Positions 21,461 through 29,792 of a stretch of 64,000 bases of DNA are shown here, in pieces; position 1 is the stretch's first letter, and the number at the start of each line of letters is the position of its first letter. The position numbers and the translations under genes are program-made. The DNA comes from Bdellovibrionales bacterium. GTDB lineage: Bacteria; Bdellovibrionota; Bdellovibrionia; Bdellovibrionales; UBA1609. Location of the stretch: contig CBDCMT010000001.1 of assembly GCA_965219095.1 (NCBI GenBank), positions 320,001 to 384,000 on the forward strand. The letters run 5' to 3'. Under the pieces are notes generated by a model. That model was not told the DNA's origin. It saw only the letters and a list, made by a program, of their open reading frames with translations, and ran no database searches.

Positions 21461-21907
21461 GTATTTTTCTATAAATTCTAGAATGTCGTGCTTTGAGTAG
21501 TAGTTTACTTCATCGAAGGTTATGAGTTCTTCATCAGAAACTAAACTGTCTATATATTCATCTTTAGCTAAGTTCCAAGAGATTTCATCAAGCTGTTTAA
21601 TGGCAACTGCTGTATCCACCGTGAGCCAGACGATTTTTGTATCTTTTAAGTAGCACTCATCAATCATAGTCTCAAATGCTTCCTCTGTATTGACCGGATC
21701 AAGAGCTTCTTTTAAAAGTTGTTCATAGACCCATTCGGTTCCGTACTCAACTCCAAAGCCTTCAAGCTCACGCATGAGATCATCTGTTTTGCAAGCTTTG
21801 CAAACTCCTGTTAGTACTTTTATGTAACAGCCATAACAAAATGGCGTTGTTTCGAAAAATGCGATTTGTTCTAGTTTTTCTGTGATTTGTTTTTTTGTTA
21901 GCTCCAT
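21443..21907 (-). CDS. Acidic hypothetical protein with two CxxC motifs
   Basis: AAGGAGG RBS; CYGC...CKAC; D/E-rich. Confidence 0.75.
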   Translation of the reverse strand: MELTKKQITEKLEQIAFFETTPFCYGCYIKVLTGVCKACKTDDLMRELEGFGVEYGTEWVYEQLLKEALDPVNTEEAFETMIDECYLKDTKIVWLTVDTAVAIKQLDEISWNLAKDEYIDSLVSDEELITFDEVNYYSKHDILEFIEKYKGKVA

Positions 21908-22140
21908 ATTTGTCCTCCTTTGTTTATATGGTTTTTATTGTCAGGAGCTTAGAAGAGGCCGAAGTGAGTGCTTTTCAAGAAAAAAATTGGGGGAAACCTT
22001 TAGGGGGAACCGATTTTTTTCTTTAAAAGCAGAACGAGCGTAGGCCTAAGCTCATGACAAAAATAAAAACCATCATAAAAAACAAAGGAGATTAGGAGCT
22101 AACAATAAATCATAGAGAAACTATAAATTGCTTTTGAAAC
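21849..22140. repeat. ~290-nt imperfect fold-back
   Basis: Nested complementary arms, e.g. ttgttagctcc/ggagctaacaa, ctcctttgttt/aaacaaaggag, atggtttttatt/aataaaaaccat. Confidence 0.85.
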
Positions 22141-22187
22141 AGCTTTTTATTGTCTAGGTGAAAAAAGTACTAACAGGAGTTTTTAGC

Positions 22188-22523
22188 TTAAGAAAGAAGA
22201 ACTCTAGCTTGTGACTTTGCAGTATTCTGAGGGGTTGTCTGGGTGTCATCACTTTTTGAGCGATTGTTTCTCCATTGTAGAGGTTGAAGGTTTGAGAGTT
22301 CATCTCCGCCACCTTTTGCGACTGGATGAATATGATCGATTTCCCAGCCGTATTCTGATGAAGTGTTGCCGTATTCGTGAAAATGAATAATGGCTCCACA
22401 TCTGTCTTTTCGGACTTTATCAGGGTCTTCCAAAAAAGTAGCTTCTGCCATCTGCCAAACTTGAAGCTCTTCTTCTTTTGAAAAGTCTTTTCCGTATTGA
22501 TTGGTACTTGGTTTTCTACTCAT
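22188..22523 (-). CDS. HNH endonuclease
   Basis: GWEIDHIHPVAKGGGDELSNLQPLQWRNNRSK. Confidence 0.88.
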   Translation of the reverse strand: MSRKPSTNQYGKDFSKEEELQVWQMAEATFLEDPDKVRKDRCGAIIHFHEYGNTSSEYGWEIDHIHPVAKGGGDELSNLQPLQWRNNRSKSDDTQTTPQNTAKSQARVLLS

Positions 22524-22547
22524 CAGCCTTTTCTTGTAATTAAAGTT

Positions 22548-22754
22548 TTATTTTTTTCTTCTATTATAAGGACTTTGATTAGTCGGTTTTAAACTTAAAT
22601 TATTTTTTTGAGCCTGTGTGTATATTGCAGATTCTGTTCTTCCTAATTTAAATCCAATGACCCTAGTTGGAGTATTTTCTTTAATTAAACGTTTAAGCTG
22701 TTTAGTGTCGCTTGGCTTCCATGGCTTTCCGCTATTTCTTGTGCTTTTTGACAT
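22548..22754 (-). CDS. Small basic helix-turn-helix-like protein
   Basis: AAGGAG RBS; W...D...LK.L........IG.KLGRTESAI pattern. Confidence 0.7.
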   Translation of the reverse strand: MSKSTRNSGKPWKPSDTKQLKRLIKENTPTRVIGFKLGRTESAIYTQAQKNNLSLKPTNQSPYNRRKK

Positions 22755-22902
22755 AATTTACTCTCCTTGCTTTTGCGATTCTTCTTCTTAATTCAAGAAT
22801 GCCTTTTTTTAAACTCTCATCGATTTTCCCATGATTCATATAAGTCTCCTAAAAATCCATACCTTATCTTCACATCTTCGGTACATACCCCCCCATCCTA
22901 CC

Positions 22903-22999
22903 ACACCCCCTGCCTTCAAGCTAGCCGTGACCCCGTTCGCCTGACAGTATGGAGGGGGAGCGGGGTCACGGGTAGTTGTCCGAAGAAGGCAGGGGGTGT
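22903..22999. other. GC-rich nested inverted repeat; oriT or single-strand origin candidate
   Basis: 15-bp perfect arms 22903-22917/22985-22999 and 11-bp arms 22925-22935/22961-22971, just downstream of the relaxase. Confidence 0.6.
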
Positions 23000-23094
23000 A
23001 TATAGAAAAATATCTTTTAGATATCAATAGGTTGCAAGAAGAGAAGAAATTAAGCTTCGATTTTTAAAATAAAAGTTCACTTTCATTTCCACTT

Positions 23095-23904
23095 TTACTT
23101 TGTTTCTCCTCTTGCCTCTTCTTTTTTCTCTAAATTTCGTATGCAAAATTCCACAGCATCATTCACAAAGAGACAATTAAGCTCCTTTTTTAGGAACTCA
23201 TCAATTAAAGCAAAGTAGATTTTGTTCAATCTTTTTTCTCCTTTTAAAAGAAAACTCTTTCTCTTTAAAACTTTAATCCTCTCTAAAAGCTTCTCTCTCA
23301 TTGCCTCATCATCCACAATATAAAATATCGTATCCCAAGAAGGAGTAAGAAGATGTTTTAAGAAAATATTCTCATACCTCTTCTTTGATTTTAAACTTAA
23401 CTCAAGCTCTAATGCAATTAACTGAGGCCTGTTATTGAGCCTTAAAGTAAAGAGTCCATCAGGAATTTTGTCTTTATTTTTATATTTATTTTTAATAGGT
23501 GAGTTCTTTAAAAGCTTTCCTGCTATCTGGTATTCTGGAATAAAATTCTTGATCAGTGGACTTTTTAAAAGAATGTTTTTAACCTTGTGAACTAAAAGAT
23601 CATGATTGTAAGTGCCTGTGTAGCTGTCCTTTTTAAAGACATAAGGAAGAACATGATAACCCTTTACTCTTAGAAGATTTTGCCCTTTTAAAGTAATAGT
23701 GTATCCTGATGAAGTGTTTTCAGGTCCATTTAACTTCTCTATAAGTCCTCCCTTTATAAGATCTGAAAACCTCCTATAATGAGAGCCTGTATTCTTTTTT
23801 GAGTTCCAAAACAAAGAAAAAAGTTCATCCGCTGTAGCAAAATTTTGTGTTGAAATATAATAGAGGAGCTTAAAATCTCGTTCTCTTAATTTAAGAAAAA
23901 TCAT
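23095..23904 (-). CDS. Replication-relaxation (Replic_Relax-like) protein, probable relaxase
   Basis: N-terminal winged helix (LRERD..LL), HDL.V, IPDG and IALELELSLKS..RY PD-(D/E)xK-like motifs; follows the coupling protein. Confidence 0.72.
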   Translation of the reverse strand: MIFLKLRERDFKLLYYISTQNFATADELFSLFWNSKKNTGSHYRRFSDLIKGGLIEKLNGPENTSSGYTITLKGQNLLRVKGYHVLPYVFKKDSYTGTYNHDLLVHKVKNILLKSPLIKNFIPEYQIAGKLLKNSPIKNKYKNKDKIPDGLFTLRLNNRPQLIALELELSLKSKKRYENIFLKHLLTPSWDTIFYIVDDEAMREKLLERIKVLKRKSFLLKGEKRLNKIYFALIDEFLKKELNCLFVNDAVEFCIRNLEKKEEARGETK

Positions 23905-25462
23905 CTCTTTTCCTCCTTTTATTTGCTCTTTTGTCTATTTCATGGTTTTCCTCTTTTAGGCTCTTTCTTTCTACTTTTTGCTTCTTCTCAATAACTTTAA
24001 GTCTCCTTTTTCTTAAGTTTTTTAAATAAGGAAAGGAGAGATTAAAATGGGATACACCTTCTTTTTCTGGCACACAAATAACCCCATGACCTACTGGAAT
24101 CTTTTTAAAAATATTGGGATGAAAAATATACTCCTCAACCTTTCTAATAGAGCCTCTTCCTGTTTTTGTTTGCTCTAGAAGCTTTCTATCTGTCTGCTCT
24201 GTTATTTTAAAAGAGCTCTCTGTCCCAAAGGATTTAGCGAAATAATCGCAAGTTTTGGGATCATTGAGCCTCATTACGACTTTCAAGTTGGTATTGGTTA
24301 AAACCACATCACTAAAAGAAGAACTTACCTTTTCTAGGTCTCCAATAGATTGGTGAGAGAAGATAAGGGCAATGTTAGCAGACCTAGACTTGTTCAAAAG
24401 GCTTCCAAAGCCAGAATAGATATAATCCTGAAAATCATCAAGATAGACACTAAAAAGCCCATATTGCTTTTTAGCTAAATGCCTCTTTGAAATAGCACTT
24501 TGAAGATTTTGAAGCACCAATTTTCCTGTGGCACTTCCTAGAAAGGGATAAAGCATAGTGGGGAGCTGAAAATAAAGAATTTCTCTTTTTTCTAAGGCTC
24601 TTCTGATTGAAATATTGTTTCTTTCTTCATCAAAAAGACCATGACACTCTCCAAAGACAAAATGAGAAATCTGAGACTCTAATCCACTTATTCTCTCTTC
24701 TCTTTCTTTCTGAGGAAGTGCTAACAAGCCACTAAGTGAGCTTTTTACCTTTGAATCTTGAGAGGCATTCACTGCAATAGCTAACTTATCCATATCTGTT
24801 AAAAGAAGATGTACCTTTTTAAAAGTCGGCACACTTTTTTCCTTAACTAATGTAACAAGGCTTAAAAAGATCTTATACTGAACGTTTCTGTAATACTCGT
24901 TTTCAAATTGGAAGCTAGAAAACACTCTTTCTGCAACTTCAAGAGAGGAAGTACCTTTTAAAGGATTAAAGCTATAAGAATTTTTAATGTTAGCTAGAGA
25001 AAAGAGCTTAAAATCTTTTTTTCTTCCGTGATGGACGACATAGCTATAGAGTTTATCTAAAAAACTGTTATCACTTTTGCCATCAATAATAAGAACTCCT
25101 CTTTTATTTTTAATATCTTGAACTATCCAGGGCAAAATTACACTTTCTGTTTTTCCTGAGCCTGTGGTGCCAATAACCTGAGCATGAGTTGTTCTCTGTT
25201 TTTCATCTATAAAAATGAGCTTTCCTTTATCAAGACCTAAAAGAAAAGTTTTGTTTTTTTCGCACTTTTTATTAACTTTATACTGATAAATAAAGAGGAA
25301 GATAACAAAAAGAAGACTTAAAAAACAAGCAAAAACTCCATACCATTTTAATCTTTCATACCAATAAAGAACAAATGGAGATATTTTATAAACAAAGGCA
25401 CAAAATCCTATAAGAATAATAAAGGAAAGTTCGTTTCCCTGAAGTTGTTTTTTATTTTCCAT
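23891..25462 (-). CDS. Type IV coupling protein (TraD/VirD4-like)
   Basis: Two N-terminal TM helices, GTTGSGKT, IIDGK, YLDDF, SRSA and HQS motifs. Confidence 0.9.
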   Translation of the reverse strand: MENKKQLQGNELSFIILIGFCAFVYKISPFVLYWYERLKWYGVFACFLSLLFVIFLFIYQYKVNKKCEKNKTFLLGLDKGKLIFIDEKQRTTHAQVIGTTGSGKTESVILPWIVQDIKNKRGVLIIDGKSDNSFLDKLYSYVVHHGRKKDFKLFSLANIKNSYSFNPLKGTSSLEVAERVFSSFQFENEYYRNVQYKIFLSLVTLVKEKSVPTFKKVHLLLTDMDKLAIAVNASQDSKVKSSLSGLLALPQKEREERISGLESQISHFVFGECHGLFDEERNNISIRRALEKREILYFQLPTMLYPFLGSATGKLVLQNLQSAISKRHLAKKQYGLFSVYLDDFQDYIYSGFGSLLNKSRSANIALIFSHQSIGDLEKVSSSFSDVVLTNTNLKVVMRLNDPKTCDYFAKSFGTESSFKITEQTDRKLLEQTKTGRGSIRKVEEYIFHPNIFKKIPVGHGVICVPEKEGVSHFNLSFPYLKNLRKRRLKVIEKKQKVERKSLKEENHEIDKRANKRRKRDDFS

Positions 25463-25471
25463 AAAAATTTT

Positions 25472-26335
25472 CTAATTTTGAAAGTAAACTAAAAACTTTG
25501 TTTTATCAGGGATGATTATTTTTGCACTTGGGTTTTCATTGCTCCTAGCTTTATCTTGAGCAAAGTCTAAGAAAGAAAGAGACAGTCCGTTTAAGATAGC
25601 ATTTTTTAGACCACCAAGCTCTAAGATGTCTCCTGACTTAGTGATGGTTTTTTCCTTTAAGCCTTGAGAAACACCTCCAATAAAGTTTGAGCCAAAGCGA
25701 GAGCTATATTTTTTTAACTCTCCTGAGTTGTACTCTCCCTTAACTCCAAAGGTGCCATCAGGCATAAAGGCCACCCCCTGAATGGAGACCCTTTTTTTAT
25801 CTATTAAAAGTGTGTGAAAGTTAATATGAAGCCTTTTTGAACTCTTATCCACCTTTGCTTTTCCTAAAAGCAAAGCTCCCTCTTTAAGATGAAAATCTAA
25901 GGCATAGTCTTTAGGTAAATTTTTAGAGGCCATAACTTTTGCTCTTAAGGGAGCTTCTTTTTGAGAGGTGAGAATAACTTTTCCTAGAAGTTCTACAGCT
26001 TGCTTTGAGCCAATAAGGGCATCTTTATTAAAACCCTGTCTTTTAGTTTCTCTTTGAGGAGGCGAAATTTTTATATCATCATACTCAGGCTCTTTATAGA
26101 CTTTTTTGTAGTGAATTCTAGTGTTGTGTCCATGAACTTCTAGAGGATAGGATGATTGCTCTTCTTGTAAATTTTTCTCCTTACTTTCAAAAATACTTTC
26201 TAAAGTAAGAATTAGAATAAGAAAAGAAATAAAAAGAATGAAAATATTTTTTCCTCTAATCTGCCTTTTCTTACTGTAATGATTTTTAGGGCTTAGAAAA
26301 AAATCATCTAAGCCCTTTTTCTTTTTTAAAAACAT
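25472..26335 (-). CDS. VirB10/TrbI-like conjugation protein
   Basis: TM helix plus GALLLG...RL.I.F...DG..GV.G beta domain; operon context. Confidence 0.65.
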   Translation of the reverse strand: MFLKKKKGLDDFFLSPKNHYSKKRQIRGKNIFILFISFLILILTLESIFESKEKNLQEEQSSYPLEVHGHNTRIHYKKVYKEPEYDDIKISPPQRETKRQGFNKDALIGSKQAVELLGKVILTSQKEAPLRAKVMASKNLPKDYALDFHLKEGALLLGKAKVDKSSKRLHINFHTLLIDKKRVSIQGVAFMPDGTFGVKGEYNSGELKKYSSRFGSNFIGGVSQGLKEKTITKSGDILELGGLKNAILNGLSLSFLDFAQDKARSNENPSAKIIIPDKTKFLVYFQN

Positions 26336-26508
26336 AAAACTCCTTTTAAAAAAAATGTTAGATTTTTTAAAATCATATTGTAAATTACTGGGTTTCTTTT
26401 TAAAAACTTGTAGAATTTTTAAAAATTTAATTTTTTTTGCCTTAAAAGACTTAAAACTCAGCCTTCTTGCTTTTTAGAAAAATCTCTGTAAATTTAAGTT
26501 ACTCAGTC

Positions 26509-28995
26509 TTAATCGGGTTTAGAAGCTGTGCCCCTTAAAATGGGTTTCCAAGCTTTTTTAAATTGACTTGCTAGCTTTTGAGCTTTTGCAATTTGCGAAG
26601 GAGTCATGTTATTTTTTAGTATAGATAATGCTTTTCTTACAGCTACTTCTAATTTACCATGCGCTTGAACTTTTGATAAAATAAGCCATTTATAAGCCTT
26701 GATGTAATCCTGTAAAACTCCCTCTCCTAAAACATACATCACACCAAGATTAAACTGAGCTTTTGCATCTCCTTGTTTTGCTGCCTTCTTATACCAATAA
26801 ACTGCTTTTTTGTAGTCTTGTAAAACGCCCTTTCCCTTAACATACATCACACCAAGATTAAACTGAGCTTTTGCATGTCCTTGTTTTGCGCTACTTTCAT
26901 ACCAATAAAAGGCTTTTTTGTAATCTTGTGAAACGCCTTTTCCCTTATAATACATCACACCAAGATTAAACTGAGCGCCTGCACCTTCTTGTTTTGCTGA
27001 CTTTTTCCACCAATAAACTGCTTTTTTGTAATCCTGTAAAACTCCCCTTCCCTTATCATACATCACACCAAGATTATACTGAGCTTGTGCATACCCTTGT
27101 TTTGCTGACTTTTTCCACCAATAAACTGCTTTTTTGTAGTCCTGTAAAACTCCCTCTCCCTTATAATACATCACACCAAGATTATTCTGAGCTTCTGCAA
27201 ATCCTTGTTTTGCGCTACTTTCATACCAATAAACTGCTTTTTTATCGTCCTGTAAAACTCCCTGTCCCTCATCATACATCACACCAAGATTATTCTGAGC
27301 TTCTGCAAATCCTTGTTTTGCGCTACTTTCATACCAATAAACTGCTTTTTTATCGTCCTGTAAAACTCCCTCTCCCTTATAATACATCACACCAAGATTA
27401 TTCTGAGCTTCTGCAAATCCTTGTTTTGCGCTACTTTCATACCAATAAACTGCTTTTTTATCGTCCTGTAAAACTCCCTGTCCCTCATCATACATCACAC
27501 CAAGATTATTCTGAGCTTCTGCAAATCCTTGTTTTGCGCTACTTTCATACCAATAAACTGCTTTTTTATCGTCCTGTAAAACTCCCTGTCCCTTATCATA
27601 CATCACACCAAGATTATACTGAGCTTCTGCAAATCCTTGTTTTGCGCTACTTTCATACCAATAAAAGGCTTTTTTGTAATCTTGTAAAACGCCTTTTCCC
27701 TTATAATACATCACACCAAGATTATACTGAGCTTCTGCAAATCCTTGTTTTGCGCTACTTTCCAACCAATAAAAGGCTTTTTTGTAATCTTGTAAAACGC
27801 CTTTTCCCTTATAATACATCACACCAAGATTATTCTGAGCTTGTGTAAGTCCTTGTTTTGCGCTACTTTCCAACCAATAAAAGGCTTTTTTGTAGTCTTG
27901 TGAAACGCCTCTTCCCTTATCATACATCACACCAAGATTATACTGAGCTTGTGTAAGTCCTTGTTTTGCGCTACTTTCATACCAATAAACTGCTTTTTTG
28001 TAATCCTGTGAAACGCCTCTTCCCTTATCATACATCCCACCAAGATTATACTGAGCTTCTGCATGTCCTTGTTTTGCGCTACTTTCATACCAATAAACTG
28101 CTTTTTTGTAATCCTGTAAAACTCCCTGTCCCTTAGCATACATCACACCAAGATTAGACTGAGCTTGTGCATACCCTTGTTTTGCTGACTTTTTCCACCA
28201 ATAAACTGCTTTTTTGTAGTCCTGTAAAACTCCCTCTCCCTTATAATACATCCAACCAAGATTAAACATATCTTTTGGAGTTTTTTCCTTTTTTTCCTCG
28301 TACAATGAAAACTCTCTTTTAAAGTCCTTTTCTGTTTTTTTAAGCTTCTTTTCTAAATCTAAACGAGAAAGTTTGATAAGCTGTTTTTTATTTCTAGAAA
28401 TAAGTTCTTTCAGTAATTTTATAGAAACAGCAAAATTTAAATTTTGGGATTTTTCATGCTCACCTATCACAACTCCAATCACTTTAAATTTTTTAGAAAA
28501 AACAGGAGAACCACTGCTTCCTTTCGAAATTGAAGCTGTTATTTGAAGTAAATTTTGTTTTCTTTTTGCAGATACAATTCCCTTAGAAAGGCTTCCTACA
28601 AATCCTTGTGGAGAGCCTATAACAAAAATATCATCTCCCATTTTAACATTATTGTAATTTCCTATTTTTAAAGGCGTGTATATTTTTTTAACTGTCTTAA
28701 TGATTGCAAGATCGTTCTCGGAATCATAAGCAACAACAATACCAGACCCTTTCTTCCCCTCTTGAGTAACAAAAAAGATAACACCTTTATCCGCCTCTTT
28801 GACAACATGGTAATTTGTAACAAGGAGACTTCTTTCTATAAAAAAACCACTACCCATACCATGGGCATGAATAATTGTTGCTGTTGATTTAGCAACTGTT
28901 TCAAAGTTTGATGTATAGGCTTTAGACACAAAAAAAGTACAAAATATAAAAAGAGAGTATAGTATGACTTTTTTGGTTTTAAGATGTGTTCTCAT
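26509..28995 (-). CDS. Secreted trypsin-like serine protease with 15 Sel1 repeats
   Basis: Signal peptide; TNYHV, DLA and GSSGSP triad; 36-aa AQxNLGVMY repeats. Confidence 0.92.
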   Translation of the reverse strand: MRTHLKTKKVILYSLFIFCTFFVSKAYTSNFETVAKSTATIIHAHGMGSGFFIERSLLVTNYHVVKEADKGVIFFVTQEGKKGSGIVVAYDSENDLAIIKTVKKIYTPLKIGNYNNVKMGDDIFVIGSPQGFVGSLSKGIVSAKRKQNLLQITASISKGSSGSPVFSKKFKVIGVVIGEHEKSQNLNFAVSIKLLKELISRNKKQLIKLSRLDLEKKLKKTEKDFKREFSLYEEKKEKTPKDMFNLGWMYYKGEGVLQDYKKAVYWWKKSAKQGYAQAQSNLGVMYAKGQGVLQDYKKAVYWYESSAKQGHAEAQYNLGGMYDKGRGVSQDYKKAVYWYESSAKQGLTQAQYNLGVMYDKGRGVSQDYKKAFYWLESSAKQGLTQAQNNLGVMYYKGKGVLQDYKKAFYWLESSAKQGFAEAQYNLGVMYYKGKGVLQDYKKAFYWYESSAKQGFAEAQYNLGVMYDKGQGVLQDDKKAVYWYESSAKQGFAEAQNNLGVMYDEGQGVLQDDKKAVYWYESSAKQGFAEAQNNLGVMYYKGEGVLQDDKKAVYWYESSAKQGFAEAQNNLGVMYDEGQGVLQDDKKAVYWYESSAKQGFAEAQNNLGVMYYKGEGVLQDYKKAVYWWKKSAKQGYAQAQYNLGVMYDKGRGVLQDYKKAVYWWKKSAKQEGAGAQFNLGVMYYKGKGVSQDYKKAFYWYESSAKQGHAKAQFNLGVMYVKGKGVLQDYKKAVYWYKKAAKQGDAKAQFNLGVMYVLGEGVLQDYIKAYKWLILSKVQAHGKLEVAVRKALSILKNNMTPSQIAKAQKLASQFKKAWKPILRGTASKPD
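26700..28270 (-). repeat. 108-bp tandem repeat x15 (Sel1 coding)
   Basis: caagatt recurs every 108 bp from 26745 to 28257. Confidence 0.95.
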
Positions 28996-29144
28996 ACCTT
29001 GCTCTATCGGAAATTATATAAGAAAAAGTAACCAGACTTAAGTTCAGATATGCTTCTAAATTGTGTAAGAAAACTATAGAATATTTTCTAGCCTGTAAAG
29101 GGCAGTTTAAAGATAAGCTTATAATTAAAAATAAGATTACATTT

Positions 29145-29750
29145 TTAGTGAGTTAAGCTAGAGATGAGAGTTTCATGAGTGATGTAAATACCTTCTGGAT
29201 TTTCAAGAGTTCTGTCTCCAAAGGTATATTTTAGTTTAAATGTCATAGGTTGAGTGGCACGAAGACCTTCTACAATGAGAATCCTATCTCCTGTAACCTG
29301 AACTTCTTTTTTCTTAAAATCAATCTTGATTTCTGATAGATAAAACTTTTGAGTGATCTTTTTGGACTTAGCAGTTTTTATATTTTCCTTGTTTGCTTTA
29401 AAAAATTTAGCTTTAAACTGATGGGCTATAAGCTGAGTTGATTTTTTAAGATTTATTTCTATAGTTTTGTCATTCCAGTTGTGGCGTAACTTGATAAAGC
29501 GAGTGATGGTGTTTGTGATTTCTTTTTTGATTAAGTTTTCAGGGATTGATTTTGAAGCATTTATCTTATTTGTTTTATTGTTAATGGAGATTAGATAGGG
29601 TTTTTTGCTAGAAAGTATAGTAAGGGAAATAATCAGAGCCATATTGGTAGCTACAAAAAAGGCTAACAAGCCTTTTAGGATTGAGTTTTGAGCTTGTTCG
29701 TCTGCCCAAATCTCAAAGTATTTACGAGGCATGAAGTTTTTCATATGCAA
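29145..29750 (-). CDS. VirB8/TraK-like conjugation protein
   Basis: Single TM helix; C-terminal RTLENPEGIYI motif. Confidence 0.72.
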   Translation of the reverse strand: MHMKNFMPRKYFEIWADEQAQNSILKGLLAFFVATNMALIISLTILSSKKPYLISINNKTNKINASKSIPENLIKKEITNTITRFIKLRHNWNDKTIEINLKKSTQLIAHQFKAKFFKANKENIKTAKSKKITQKFYLSEIKIDFKKKEVQVTGDRILIVEGLRATQPMTFKLKYTFGDRTLENPEGIYITHETLISSLTH

Positions 29751-29792
29751 CTCCTTTTTATTTTGGTTTTTAAAATTATTTTACAGAGTTTT

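Noticed and set aside
22767..23030. 87-aa and 63-aa ORFs over the GC-rich hairpin
   Set aside because: Composition is explained by the inverted repeat; no RBS or domain
26994..27848. 284-aa repetitive ORF on the + strand, or a CRISPR-like periodicity
   Set aside because: Antisense shadow of the 108-bp Sel1 repeats; no unique spacers and no cas genes
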